A DNA stretch of 64,000 bases from Longimicrobiales bacterium. GTDB taxonomy: Bacteria > Gemmatimonadota > Gemmatimonadetes > Longimicrobiales > Gaopeijiaceae. The stretch is from the NCBI GenBank assembly GCA_965238005.1, contig OZ250165.1:672001-736000 (forward strand), given 5' to 3'. Each line of letters begins with the position of its first letter. Within the stretch, counting starts at the first letter, position 1. A program made the translations under genes and the position numbers. Shown one piece after another: positions 30,575 through 40,809 of this stretch. The notes beneath the pieces are model-generated. The model ran no database searches. It saw only the letters and a program-made list of their open reading frames with translations, and was not told the origin of the DNA.

Positions 30575-31669
30575 TCACCGTTCCCAGCTGTCAGGGAATG
30601 GCTGGTAGAGGTCGGCCGGATAGACCTGTCGCGGGAACATCGCCGACGGTTCGGATTGATCGGCCTCCCGCCGCCCGAAACGCCCGGAAGGTTGTTCGGT
30701 CGACGCTCGCCGACACTGACAACCGGCCTCCCGTATGTCGATGGCTTCCCAGATCTCATCCACACGGATGCCGAAATCCAGGCTTCCAACCGGGACACGT
30801 ACAATGTCACCATCCCCACCCACCACAGGGGCGACAATACTCGCATAGTTCACGGCGATGACCCAACCGTCGTGATCGAAGACCGGACTGCCGCTCGTTC
30901 CTCCTGTGGTATCGAAGTTGTACTGAACCTCCACGAATTGGGACCCTCCCGAATCGACCGCCCGGAGCGCACTGACCGCTCCGTCCTTGAATGTGGGGGT
31001 AACTATGCCACTGACCACCTCATCATCAAAACCCGTGAAAGACAGCGATCCGGGGAAGCCCAACGTGCCTACGGGCTGTCCGATGCTGATGTCGTTGACC
31101 ATCTCCCGGGGCAGGAGGTTCAGCCCAACAGGCATTTCCCCGTCGATGTACAAGAGTCCTATGTCCGAGGACGTGAGCGTTTCACTATCGTAGTCGGGAT
31201 GGAACCAACTGTCGTCGAGGGTCTCGGAGATCTCGAAGGTTCCGCTTTCACCCACGACGGTGCCTGATCGCACGACAACGGGCTCCGGGTTCATCACGCC
31301 CAGCTCCTCCAGAAAAGCAAGGCTCTCTTGCAGCCCCTCGATAACGTGGGCATTCGTCCAGATCGCATCCGAGTAGTGTGCTGCGAAACCAGTGCCCACC
31401 ACGCGGTACACTGTTCTCTCCAAGCGCGGGTGGAAAAACCGAACCCCGACCGCGTACACGGCTTCGTCCACGCGCGATTCCGTGATGACGTCCGACCAGT
31501 CCAGGGTCTCGCCTTGTGGGCCTTGTGGCCCCTCGGGGCCCGTAGCTCCATCGGTTCCATCAGCCCCTGGAAGACCCTGGGGACCTTGTGGCCCCACTGG
31601 CCCCACCGGCCCCTCGCAGCCGACAGCCAAGATGAGCAGGGCGGTCAGTACAACGGTCAGTGGGCGCAT
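30575..31669 (-). CDS. Lipoprotein with collagen-like Gly-X-Y repeats and trypsin-like serine protease
   Basis: LAVGC lipobox; GPVGPVGPQGPQG...; TNAHV, SDIGL, GTSGSP triad motifs. Confidence 0.88.
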   Translation of the reverse strand: MRPLTVVLTALLILAVGCEGPVGPVGPQGPQGLPGADGTDGATGPEGPQGPQGETLDWSDVITESRVDEAVYAVGVRFFHPRLERTVYRVVGTGFAAHYSDAIWTNAHVIEGLQESLAFLEELGVMNPEPVVVRSGTVVGESGTFEISETLDDSWFHPDYDSETLTSSDIGLLYIDGEMPVGLNLLPREMVNDISIGQPVGTLGFPGSLSFTGFDDEVVSGIVTPTFKDGAVSALRAVDSGGSQFVEVQYNFDTTGGTSGSPVFDHDGWVIAVNYASIVAPVVGGDGDIVRVPVGSLDFGIRVDEIWEAIDIREAGCQCRRASTEQPSGRFGRREADQSEPSAMFPRQVYPADLYQPFPDSWER

Positions 31670-31815
31670 CTTATACTCTTTGCAGTTGATGTGCAGATTC
31701 GCATTGAGCGGGCAACCCGACTCAGCGGGATCCCCAAAGACAATGGTTTCCGGGGGGGAAGTCTGGGGGTTCGATGGACGCCGAACAAGGCCACACTTCC
31801 GGCGAGGAGAAGAGG

Positions 31816-32148
31816 ATGACCAAAGCCGATCTCGTTGAGCAGGCCGCCGATGTGGCCGGACCGCGAGTCACCAAGAGGGACTGCGGGCTGGTGGTCGACG
31901 CCTTCCTCGACGCTGTGAAAGACGCGCTGGCGCGCGGCGACCACATCGAGCTCCGGGGCTTCGGCACCTTCAAGCTGCGGCACCGCAAGGCCCGCACGGG
32001 CCGCAACCTCAAGATCGGAGAGCCGGTCGAGGTTCCGCCCCGCGATGTGCCGGTCTTCGGACCCTTGAGGCACCTCCTCCGCCGGGTGGACCGAAGCCAC
32101 GGCTCGTCCGTCACGGGGGAGCCCTTGGAGGCCGTCGGCAAGCCGTAG
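31816..32148 (+). CDS. HU/IHF-family DNA-bending protein
   Basis: MTKADLVEQ, IELRGFGTF, RKARTGRN. Confidence 0.9.
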   Translation: MTKADLVEQAADVAGPRVTKRDCGLVVDAFLDAVKDALARGDHIELRGFGTFKLRHRKARTGRNLKIGEPVEVPPRDVPVFGPLRHLLRRVDRSHGSSVTGEPLEAVGKP

Positions 32149-32200
32149 CCCGCCCGCCACGACCGCGTCGCTGGCCGCGGGTGGAAGCGCTGGCTCATGC

Positions 32201-32294
32201 CCCTTAAGGTGCGTAAGCCAGCCTACCCTTTGGGGCCACGCTTCGCGGGTCCCCGGCAGGGGCTGGCGAGGGACTCCGCCCCTTCGATCCCCCC
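32201..32294. other. Putative oriT, copy 2
   Basis: Inverted near-copy of 9196-9287; contains CTGGCTTA (minus, 32214-32221), like the ColE1 nic motif. Confidence 0.62.
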
Positions 32295-32442
32295 TTGAGG
32301 CCCGCACTCGGGCGGAGGTCACGGGCGGCTGGCTCGCCCGTTCTTGTGTCCTGGCGGCGCGACCTGATGGCCGGTCGCCCGCACTGGGACCGCCGCCACA
32401 CGCGTGTCGCCGGTCGGTCGGGGTGGAACTTCCCAATCAGCG

Positions 32443-32841
32443 TCAGTCGGCGCGGTGAATTGACCTCGCCAGTTTGGCGGGGTAGTCCTCGCGCTTCCCC
32501 GTATCGCCAGTCTGAATGACGAAGTCACGCCGGTCGTGATACAGGCGCGCTCGGTTCAGCACGTAGTCCTGCCCGTCGTCGAGGTTGACCGTGTCCCAGT
32601 GAGTCATGAGCCAGTACTTGTAGTCGCCGATGAACAGATAGGTGTTCGGCCTGCCGAAGAAAGTGCCGGCGACGCCCTCCCCGGCCCGGAAGCGGGCAAC
32701 AACCAGCTCAACCAACTCATGCTGGCCGTCCTTGCGGCTGAGGACGTATTAGTGGGGCCACGTGTCCCGGTAGGTGACGGCTTCCCGCCACGGCGCGCGG
32801 TCGATCAACTCAGTGATCTTCAGGTTTTCCAGAATTCTCAC
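32443..32841 (-). pseudogene. Hypothetical protein with an in-frame stop
   Basis: ...WREAVTYRDTWPH*YVL...; TAA at 32749-32751; downstream frame stays open. Confidence 0.55.
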
Positions 32842-32914
32842 CGTCCTTCCGCTCAGCAAAGCGAGCCTCGCCGGCCTTGCCGCACTGGGACAGCCCTTCT
32901 GGTGCCCAGCCGTG

Positions 32915-34666
32915 CTAATCCGGTTTCTCCGTGCTGGCGGAAACGAGTCGGTGGCGCAGCTTCTTCAGGATACGGGTTCGGCGCGTCTCGTAGAAGTCCA
33001 GGAAACCCGTGAGTTCGGTTGGAACGTCGCCCAGATCGTGCAGGTCGCAGTGATTCCGCCGCCTTTCTTCCTCGGAGTACTGTGCGAGTAACCAGTCGGC
33101 AGGCGGCTTGGCACCCTTGCTCGTATTCGTCGATCCTTCGAGGAGCTGAAGGTTGGCTAGGCGGTTCATCCGATCGCGATACTCGGGGATCTTTTCCTCG
33201 TGGACGCCGGCCTTCTTCAGGCGCGCCGGGGTCATCAGCGCGCGCGGGAAGACATGGTCGATGTGGAAGCGGTTCGTGGCTACGTCGACGAAATCGTACA
33301 GGAGGAACAGGAGGCTGTAGGCCCTTCCATCGTACGCGGCGTCGGCCAAGTCCTGGAGTTCCTCGCCGTCGAAGGTCAGGCTCTTGCGGAGCGCATGCAT
33401 CGCCGCCTCGATCGCGCGAGCCGGGAAGCCGTCATGGCAGGAACTCTCCCGGATCCCCTTGCGGATCGCCACCAGCAGGTTATCGGCGGCGCTGCTCCAG
33501 ATCCCGTGTTTGAGCAGCGAGCGAATCAACCAGTCACGAATCGCCTCGCGGTCCTTGGCGCCTAACGACGACTGACGGTGATGGAGGAAGTAGGCGATCG
33601 GCAACAGGGCGTTTGCCGATGTCAGGCTCTGTCCAGAGTAGCCGAACGAGGATGCGAGCTCCACCGTTTCTGTGATCGTGCTTCTGATGCGATCCCATTG
33701 ATCCTGCAGGGTGCCGATCTTCGATCTTCTGAAGTTCTCGACCTTGAATCGGATGCTCTTGCTGTCGCCGAGCATCAGGCAGGCCTTGAGCACGAAGTCG
33801 TGGTTGAATGAGAAGCCCCTGCCGATGTTGTTGATCTCGTCAACTAGAGCGTGGATCTCCTGCCGCGCGTCGACCTTATCCCATTGGGCCACCGCCATGC
33901 TGAGGAGCATGTCCGAGTAGGAGAGCGGGGTGCCGCCGCTGTTGGTACGAACGAAGATGTTGAGAACCCGTTCCGGGTTCTGGTTCGCCTCTTCGTAGGC
34001 CGAGACGATGCCGTCGCTGTGAACGACGCGGTGAAGCTGGTTGAGCGTCTTCTGAGGCTCGCGTGTATCCGCGAGCCGTAGGTCATGGACGACGTCGATC
34101 AGGTCCGCGGCATCCTCAACGTCGAGGATGCCTCCCACGCGGTACCAGTGTTCGTGGGCGTTCCGGCGGTTCCGGTCTCCGGCCTCCTTCTCCGGGAGAA
34201 GGCTGAACTTGTACGAGAGTTCCTCTTCGTCCTCCATCCGGGGCGCGAGGAGATCGAGGTAGAGCCGTCGTTCCGGAAAGGCGTGTGGGTTGTTCCACCA
34301 CAGGCGGGGAAGTTTCCATCTACCGCTGCCGTGGAGCCCGACATTCAGCGCCGTGAGGCGTTGTTGTCCGTCGAGCACCGCCTTCAAGCCGGGCACGGTG
34401 GCAGGCGCACCGTGGACGGGATTGTGGGGCTTCCGTTGATCGTAGTTCGTGATGAACTGGTAGAAGCTGTAATTCTTGGCAGTTTCAGGATCGACTCGCC
34501 AGAACAGGAAGGATCCGATCGGATAGCCGCGCATGAGGCTGTCGAAGAGCCGCTCGATCTGCTGCGGCTGCCACACCAACTCCCGTTGAATGGCCGGAAG
34601 CAGGTAACGGTTGTTGTGAATGTGGTCGATCGCCTCCTTGATCGTGATCGGCGTCTGAAATGCCAT
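32915..34666 (-). CDS. GmrSD-family (DUF262 plus C-terminal HNH) modification-dependent restriction enzyme
   Basis: LPAIQRELVW, DGQQRLT, FVRTNSGGTPLS; HIDHVFP...NLQLL...N. Confidence 0.9.
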   Translation of the reverse strand: MAFQTPITIKEAIDHIHNNRYLLPAIQRELVWQPQQIERLFDSLMRGYPIGSFLFWRVDPETAKNYSFYQFITNYDQRKPHNPVHGAPATVPGLKAVLDGQQRLTALNVGLHGSGRWKLPRLWWNNPHAFPERRLYLDLLAPRMEDEEELSYKFSLLPEKEAGDRNRRNAHEHWYRVGGILDVEDAADLIDVVHDLRLADTREPQKTLNQLHRVVHSDGIVSAYEEANQNPERVLNIFVRTNSGGTPLSYSDMLLSMAVAQWDKVDARQEIHALVDEINNIGRGFSFNHDFVLKACLMLGDSKSIRFKVENFRRSKIGTLQDQWDRIRSTITETVELASSFGYSGQSLTSANALLPIAYFLHHRQSSLGAKDREAIRDWLIRSLLKHGIWSSAADNLLVAIRKGIRESSCHDGFPARAIEAAMHALRKSLTFDGEELQDLADAAYDGRAYSLLFLLYDFVDVATNRFHIDHVFPRALMTPARLKKAGVHEEKIPEYRDRMNRLANLQLLEGSTNTSKGAKPPADWLLAQYSEEERRRNHCDLHDLGDVPTELTGFLDFYETRRTRILKKLRHRLVSASTEKPD

Positions 34667-34686
34667 GGTTCCGCCCTCCTAAGGGT

Positions 34687-35058
34687 TTAGGGGCAAGACG
34701 TGTGTGAACGTTGTGGGCAGGTCCCATTCGCTGCCGTAGGAGGAGTCGCGCGGCAGTTGTGTCGCTTCTCAACCCACCTCTGAGCGCGATCCGAAGTTGC
34801 CGGAAATGTCGCGGGCATAGAAATCCGCGCCGCCGTTCTACCGGAACGTGGCATTCGGAATCCTCGCACAACCCACGCCACACCTAGACCAGCTGCATAA
34901 ACGATCAGCCCAAAGATTACCCAACCAAACGCTGTATAGCTGGCAGCAGTGGGGTCCTCATTCAACCACACCAACCACACAAGGGGAACGCCCCCGAGCA
35001 CGCCCAATAGAATCCACAATCTCTGCCAGCCGTTCATACCGCCGTTCTCCTTGTCCAT
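34687..35058 (-). CDS. Hypothetical membrane protein
   Basis: GWQRLWILLG plus two hydrophobic segments. Confidence 0.5.
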   Translation of the reverse strand: MDKENGGMNGWQRLWILLGVLGGVPLVWLVWLNEDPTAASYTAFGWVIFGLIVYAAGLGVAWVVRGFRMPRSGRTAARISMPATFPATSDRAQRWVEKRHNCRATPPTAANGTCPQRSHTSCP

Positions 35059-35755
35059 CCCCCCCTTCCACGGGCCTCAACGGACTCCGCGTAAGGGGGA
35101 TCGGGGGAGCTAGAGCACTCCGGCTCGCTCGGAGCCTCCAAGGGCCCCGCCTCGCTCGCTCCAGGGCCTCCCGTGTCCTAAAAAAAACTCTCCGGGAAAA
35201 ATCCCAGAGAAGGCGTATCCGACAGAACCGTACAACCCTCGCGGTCCTTCCACAGGTGCGCCCCAGCGTTTGCCCCCCTATCCCCTCCAGGGCCTCACGC
35301 ACGGCCTCGGGGTCCAACCCCGGCTCAACAGTAGCCCTCGTTCACCCGCAGGTACTCCAGGATGAACAGGTCCAGGTCCTCGGACAAGGCCTGCATGATG
35401 AAGCCCGCATCACCGCCGTGTTGGCCTAAGGTCTCGCCCCTCTCCCACGTAGTGGCCCCTCGCTCCAGTCCGCTCAGGTAGTAGTCGTAGGCCAGCTTCG
35501 CGAAGCTCCTGGCCCGTGAGCGGCGCGGCGAGAGCTAGACTCGCCAAAGCGAGCCGGTAGCCCGGATTCCGGCTCATGCCTGCCTCCGTTGCCGGGCCTG
35601 CGGCTTGCCTCCAGGGGCCATCCTCTCCCGTTAGAGAGACGTGGAGCACCCGTTACGCGAACTTTTACCGACCGCTGGTGGCGCGGCTGCGTCGGTCAGG
35701 AAGCGGCTGAGAAGTGGGCTTGACACCTAGAGCCCAGTTCACTCTTCTGCACAAC

Positions 35756-36217
35756 ATGAAGACCTCACCGTGGCTGATCGTGACCGTCGCGGCCGTCCTC
35801 GCTGGATGCGGTGACCTGGGAAGTCCCGTTGCGCCGTTCCCGATATACCCGCAAGTCGCAGGCATATACACCGGCCCCGCGACGATCACCGCCCACACAA
35901 CGGGGTTGACACTCACAGGGTTCGGGCGGGCCATTGTCTTTCAGTCCCGCAACGAGGTTACGATCCACGGATCGTTTACGTTCGGGGGGGTGGAATCTGT
36001 GCGGCCAGCCGCCACTGGAACGATCAACGAAACCGGGTTCTTTACGCTCATCGCGAGCGGGGCCGTGCCTGGTCCTCCCACAGTGTCGGGCCAATGTGGG
36101 ATCCTCACGCTCACCAGCCAATCCCTCCACTTCGCGGGACACACCCTTACCTTTCAGGAGGGCCACCAGACCACGTTTTGCGGGCCCGTGGCCCTGGTAG
36201 CCACCCTTACCCGCTAG
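35756..36217 (+). CDS. Hypothetical lipoprotein
   Basis: Signal peptide with LAGC lipobox; TTGACA at 35720. Confidence 0.7.
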   Translation: MKTSPWLIVTVAAVLAGCGDLGSPVAPFPIYPQVAGIYTGPATITAHTTGLTLTGFGRAIVFQSRNEVTIHGSFTFGGVESVRPAATGTINETGFFTLIASGAVPGPPTVSGQCGILTLTSQSLHFAGHTLTFQEGHQTTFCGPVALVATLTR

Positions 36218-36269
36218 TAACCAGCTCAGGCTGCATCACGAGCCCCCTAGCTCGCATCCTAATACCGCC

Positions 36270-36355
36270 TTGCGCGCCTCCAGAAGCCCCACGACCTCTT
36301 CCAGCGTCCACATTGTGGTCGGCTTACTCCTGCGGCCATAGCCGGGGTCGTGTGG
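36270..36355 (-). pseudogene. IS1-family transposase C-terminal remnant
   Basis: HTTPAMAAGV...MWTLEEVVGLLE, frameshifted. Confidence 0.5.
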
Positions 36356-36571
36356 ATGCCGCCACGGGCCTTCGTAAGCGTCTGATGCTTCCGGTGGAAG
36401 TCGTAGTCCCCGTTCCGGGCTCGGGACAGTGATAGCGCGACGTACGCACAGGTACAAGCGGGAGTCTTCTGGAGCCGGCGACGGTGACGGTGCGGCGATC
36501 AGGCATCGGGACGCACCGGAGGAAGGGGGGCGGAGCCCCCGACTGCGCGCTCCGGCGAAGCGTGGTTTTTC

Positions 36572-36653
36572 GGGGGATCGAAGGGGGGCGGAGCCACCCC
36601 TCGCCAGCCCCTTTGTGGGTACAAGGGGTATGCTGGCTCTTGACCCTTAAGGG
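36572..36653. other. Putative oriT, copy 3 (variant)
   Basis: GGGGATCGAAGGGG...CCTCGCCAGCCCCT...GGGTATGCTGGCT...CCTTAAGG, collinear with copy 2. Confidence 0.55.
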
Positions 36654-36724
36654 GTCATGAGCCAGCCGTGGATCGGCCTCGGATCGGGCCTCAATGGATC
36701 GCCCCCCGGCGGCTGGGAACCGGC

Positions 36725-37885
36725 CTACGCGTGTCGACGCTCGCCAGCCAGGTAGCCCGCCCACTGCTCCATCAGGATGCGGCGGCGCTCGAACAGGTCG
36801 GAGCGGGCGTAGGCGGCCTCCACCCTGTTGCGGACCGCGTGGGCCAGCGCCGCCTCCATGACCGCGTGCGGCGCGTCGGTGCGCTCCGCCGTCCAGTCCC
36901 GGAAGCTGGACCGGAAGCCGTGCGGCACGGCCGCGATCCCGAGCGCCTTGAGCAGGCCCGCGAACTCGAAGCTCGGCAGCACCAGCCCCCGCGCGGACGG
37001 GAACACCCACTCCGAACGAGGCGCGTGCGCCTTCGCCTCGGCCAGGATCTCCCGCGCCCGCGCCGACAGCGGCACCCGGTGCTCCCGCCGGCTCTTCATC
37101 CGCTCCGCCGGGATCGTCCACACTCCGCCCTCCAGGTCGACCTCCTCCCAGCGAGCCCCACGCACCTCGCCCGACCGGCAGGCCGTCAGCACCAGAAACT
37201 CGAAGCCCAGCTGCACCGTCACCCTTGCCTCGGATCGCTGGATCGCGTCAATCGCCCCGGCCACTTCCCGGTAGGGCAGCGCCTTGTAGTGCTTCTGGAC
37301 GCGCGGAGGCCTCGGCAGCGCGGCGCCGATCGCATCGCCCGCGGGGTTGTCCACGCGGTAGCCCTGCGCGATCGCCCACCGCATCACCGTCGAAATCCGC
37401 TGACGGACCCGCTTGGCCGTCTGGTGCTTCCCGTTCCAGACCGGAAGCAGCACCCCCATGACGTCGGCGGACGCGATCCGGTCCACCCGCTTCCCCCCGA
37501 TCCCGGGAAACGCATAGGTGCGCAGCGTCGCCATCCACTGGCCCGCGTGCCTGTCGGTCCAGGTCGGACGGTGCATGGCGAAGACCTTGGCCGCCGCCCG
37601 CTCGAACGTCGGCACTGAACTGTGCCGCTTCGTCCTCGGATCGCCGCCCGCGCGGGCCACCTTGCGGTTGGCCAGCGCCGTGTCCCGCGCCTCGGCCAGC
37701 GTCACGAGGCGGACCGAACCGAGCCCCAACTCCCTGCGCTTGCCGTGAATGAACAGCCGCTGGCTCCACTGCTTGTAGCCGGACGGCTTGACCCGTAGCA
37801 CGAGGCCGTGCTCGTCCCAATACAGCCCCGGTTCCCGGACGCTCCGCACGAAGGCGGCAGTGAGTTTCTTGGCGTGTCTGCCCAT
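36725..37885 (-). CDS. P4-like tyrosine integrase with arm-binding domain
   Basis: GLVLRVKPSG...LGLGS...LAEAR; LTACRSGE, HGFRSSFRDW, LAH, AAYARS, QWAGYL. Confidence 0.95.
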   Translation of the reverse strand: MGRHAKKLTAAFVRSVREPGLYWDEHGLVLRVKPSGYKQWSQRLFIHGKRRELGLGSVRLVTLAEARDTALANRKVARAGGDPRTKRHSSVPTFERAAAKVFAMHRPTWTDRHAGQWMATLRTYAFPGIGGKRVDRIASADVMGVLLPVWNGKHQTAKRVRQRISTVMRWAIAQGYRVDNPAGDAIGAALPRPPRVQKHYKALPYREVAGAIDAIQRSEARVTVQLGFEFLVLTACRSGEVRGARWEEVDLEGGVWTIPAERMKSRREHRVPLSARAREILAEAKAHAPRSEWVFPSARGLVLPSFEFAGLLKALGIAAVPHGFRSSFRDWTAERTDAPHAVMEAALAHAVRNRVEAAYARSDLFERRRILMEQWAGYLAGERRHA

Positions 37886-38040
37886 CTGGTCACCCTTTTG
37901 CGATCACCCCGTGGATCACCCTTTAGGTCTTGGAATATAGCGGCCTTCCTGAGATGGCAATATAACATAAGTATATCCCCTACAACAACTTCACTTGTCT
38001 TATGGGACTTCCTGGAACCTAGATGGACAGTGCGTAGAAG

Positions 38041-38577
38041 GAGTACCAGGCGTTCGCGACCGTCGGCCAGGACGATCCCTCGGGCGACGAGAAGGCGTTC
38101 GCGCTCACGCGGCAGTGCCGCTGCGTCCCGATCGTCGCCACGCAGTCGATCTCCTCGCTCCGCTCCGTGCTGCCCGGAGGCGAGGCCTGGCGCACGCTCC
38201 TCCAGACGCTCCGCACCCGGATCTTCCTGTCGCTGTCCGACGAGTCGTCGGCCCGGATCGCGTCCGAGATGTGCGGCAGCGTCATGAAGACGCAGCCCTC
38301 CTACACGTTCACCGAGACCACGGGCAGGCCCGAGTTCTCGCTCTTGTCCGGGCGAGCCGGCGGGGGCCGCGGCACGATCGGCGCGAGCAAGTCGTTCCGG
38401 CAGCAGAGGGAGCCCGTGTTCACGCCGCGCGAGTTCGCGCTGTTGGCCAACTACCAGGCGATCTGTCTGCCCTACGACGGCACGAAGTCGCTCCCTGCCC
38501 GGCGCGTCTACCTGAAACCCCACTACCTGCCGAGGGACGTGGGCTACTGGCGGCTCCGCGAGGAGGGCCGGATATGA
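38041..38577 (+). pseudogene. VirD4-like 3' fragment (copy D)
   Basis: EYQAFATVGQDD...YWRLREEGRI. Confidence 0.9.
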
Positions 38578-39581
38578 AGCGCGCAAGCGGGATCGCGCAC
38601 CTGAAGCCGTTCCTTCCGGGCCTGGAGACGCTCCTCGAGGACCCGGAGGTCTCCGAGATCATGATCAACGGACCCGGCAACGTCTGGATCGAGCGAGGCG
38701 GCCGACTCGAGCCCCACGAGGCGCCGGGACTCACCGCCGCCTGGCTCCACCGCGCCGCGATCCACATCGCGCGGCCGCTCGGCCTCGATCCCGCCGCCAG
38801 ACCCATCCTCGATGCCCGTCTCGATGACGGCTCAAGGGTCGCCATCTGCACGCCGCCCGCGAGTCCCGAGGTCGCCATCACCATACGCCGGTTCGGGGGC
38901 CGCGCGTTCTCGGCTCAGGACCTGGTGCGCATGGGCTCGCTGCCGGAGACGGTCCTCGGGGCCGCCCGGTCGGCCCTCTTGGCCCGCAGGAACATCCTGG
39001 TCTCCGGAGGCACGGGCTCGGGCAAGACGACGCTCCTCAACGCGCTGATCGAGTTGCTGCCCGAAGACGAGCGGATCGTCGCCATCGAGGACACGCTCGA
39101 ACTCAGGATCGAGCGCGCCAACTGCCTCCGCTTCGAGGCCGGCGCTGTCGGCACCGAGACCCCCGTCTCGATCCGCGACCTGGTGCGGCACGCGCTGCGC
39201 CACCGGCCCGACCACATCGTCGTCGGCGAGGTCAGGGGCGGCGAGGCCGCCGATCTGCTCCAGGCGCTCAAGACCGGCCACGGCGGCTCGCTCACCACCG
39301 TCCACGCGAACAACGCCCGCTCCGCGCTCTCGCGCCTCGCGAGCTGCGCCATGCAGGCCGAAGGCGCGCTTCCCTGGGAGGTCACCTGCCGGGGCGTCGT
39401 GGACGGGATCGCACTTGTGCTGCACACGGCCCGGCAACGGGGCAGGCGGTTCGTCGAGGAGGCGCTCGAAGTGCGCGGCTACGACGCGGCCAAGGGCCGC
39501 TGGATCGCCGAACCGATCCGGAGCGGGGCCGACGAAGCCCCGCAAGAACAGCACCCACACACCAAGGAGGTGAACCCATGA
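38574..39581 (+). CDS. VirB11/CpaF-family ATPase (copy D)
   Basis: Homologue of 24274-25284. Confidence 0.92.
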   Translation: MKRASGIAHLKPFLPGLETLLEDPEVSEIMINGPGNVWIERGGRLEPHEAPGLTAAWLHRAAIHIARPLGLDPAARPILDARLDDGSRVAICTPPASPEVAITIRRFGGRAFSAQDLVRMGSLPETVLGAARSALLARRNILVSGGTGSGKTTLLNALIELLPEDERIVAIEDTLELRIERANCLRFEAGAVGTETPVSIRDLVRHALRHRPDHIVVGEVRGGEAADLLQALKTGHGGSLTTVHANNARSALSRLASCAMQAEGALPWEVTCRGVVDGIALVLHTARQRGRRFVEEALEVRGYDAAKGRWIAEPIRSGADEAPQEQHPHTKEVNP

Positions 39582-39778
39582 AAGGCGACGAGAACATCGT
39601 TCGCGTCGAGACGCTCGATGACTTCGACCGGGAACTCGCGCGCGATGGAGGCGAGGCCCTCGAGGTGCCGGCCTCGCTGGCCGAAGAGTACGGCCTCTTC
39701 TCCGAGGACGTGGGCAGCGAGGACGAGATCCGCGACGCCGGAGAGGATCCGCACGGCCCCGAGGAGGAAGAGCTATGA
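39578..39778 (+). CDS. Small highly acidic protein (66 aa, 24 D/E)
   Basis: Homologue of 25281-25478; AGGAGG RBS. Confidence 0.8.
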   Translation: MKGDENIVRVETLDDFDRELARDGGEALEVPASLAEEYGLFSEDVGSEDEIRDAGEDPHGPEEEEL

Positions 39779-40803
39779 AACACGACGAATACCACCGCCA
39801 GTTCGCCGAGGGGATCATCGAGCAGATCCGCCAGGGCACCGCGCCGTGGCAGAAGCCCTGGGGGCCGGGCGAGCGCGTGCTCCCCTCCAACGTCGATACG
39901 GGCCGCTCCTACAGGGGCGGGAACAGCCTCCATCTCGCCGCCGTGGCCCAGGAGCGCGGCTACGGCGACGTGCGCTGGGGCACCTACCGCCAGATCCAGG
40001 CCCGGGACGGACAGGTCCGCAAGGGCGAGCAGGGCACTCGCATCCTCTCGTTCCAGGACCACCGGAAGATCGCCGTCACCGACGAGCGCGGTCGGCCCAA
40101 GAGGGACAACGAAGGCAAGCGCGTCTACCGCCACGAGCGCCTGCCCACGCCCGTCGTCCGGCAGTACACCGTCTTCAACGCCGAGCAGGCCGACGGGCTG
40201 CCCGCGCGGCCCGCGCCCGCTGCCGAGCCGCTCTGGAAGGCCCACCAGCAGGCCGAACGCGTCCTCGAGGACAGCGGGGTGCCCGTCCGTCACGTGGCGG
40301 GCGACCGGGCGTTCTACAACCTGAACCGCGACGAGATCGTGCTCCCCGAGCGTGGACAGTTCCCCTCCGCGAACCACTACTACCAGACCGCGCTGCACGA
40401 GCTGGGGCACAGCACCGGCCACCCGGAGCGCATGAACCGCGAGACGCTCACCCAAGGGATCTCTGAAGGGTTCGGGTCGCCGGCCTACGCGAAGGAGGAG
40501 CTACGCGCCGAAATCAGTGCCATGATGACGGGCGAGCGCGTGGGCGTCGGCCATGACCCGAGCCGGGGCGCCGCGTACGTCGAGGGCTGGATCGCCGCAC
40601 TCGAGGAGGACCCCCGCGAGATCCGCCGCGCCGCCGCCGACTCGCAGAAGATCTCCGACTTCGTGCTCTCGCGGCACCGCGAGCGCGAGGCCGTGCGCGA
40701 ACCCGCGGCCGTGGCCGCGACCCGCGCGCCCGCGCCGGGGCAGATCGTCCATCCCGTGCCGCCGCTCCCCGTGCCGCAGCGGACCTTCGGACCGCGCCGC
40801 TGA
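39775..40803 (+). CDS. ardC: ArdC-like protein (copy D)
   Basis: Homologue of 25475-26503. Confidence 0.9.
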   Translation: MKHDEYHRQFAEGIIEQIRQGTAPWQKPWGPGERVLPSNVDTGRSYRGGNSLHLAAVAQERGYGDVRWGTYRQIQARDGQVRKGEQGTRILSFQDHRKIAVTDERGRPKRDNEGKRVYRHERLPTPVVRQYTVFNAEQADGLPARPAPAAEPLWKAHQQAERVLEDSGVPVRHVAGDRAFYNLNRDEIVLPERGQFPSANHYYQTALHELGHSTGHPERMNRETLTQGISEGFGSPAYAKEELRAEISAMMTGERVGVGHDPSRGAAYVEGWIAALEEDPREIRRAAADSQKISDFVLSRHREREAVREPAAVAATRAPAPGQIVHPVPPLPVPQRTFGPRR

Positions 40804-40809
40804 CGGTCG

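Larger units (their letters stand above)
30154..38049. mobile_element. 7.9 kb integrative (probably mobilisable) element with P4-like integrase, inserted in virD4
   Basis: 9-bp direct repeat GAGTACCAG at 30154-30162 and 38041-38049; (A/G)TCACCC repeats and AT-rich arms at both ends; removal restores ...CDEYQAFATV... Confidence 0.93.
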
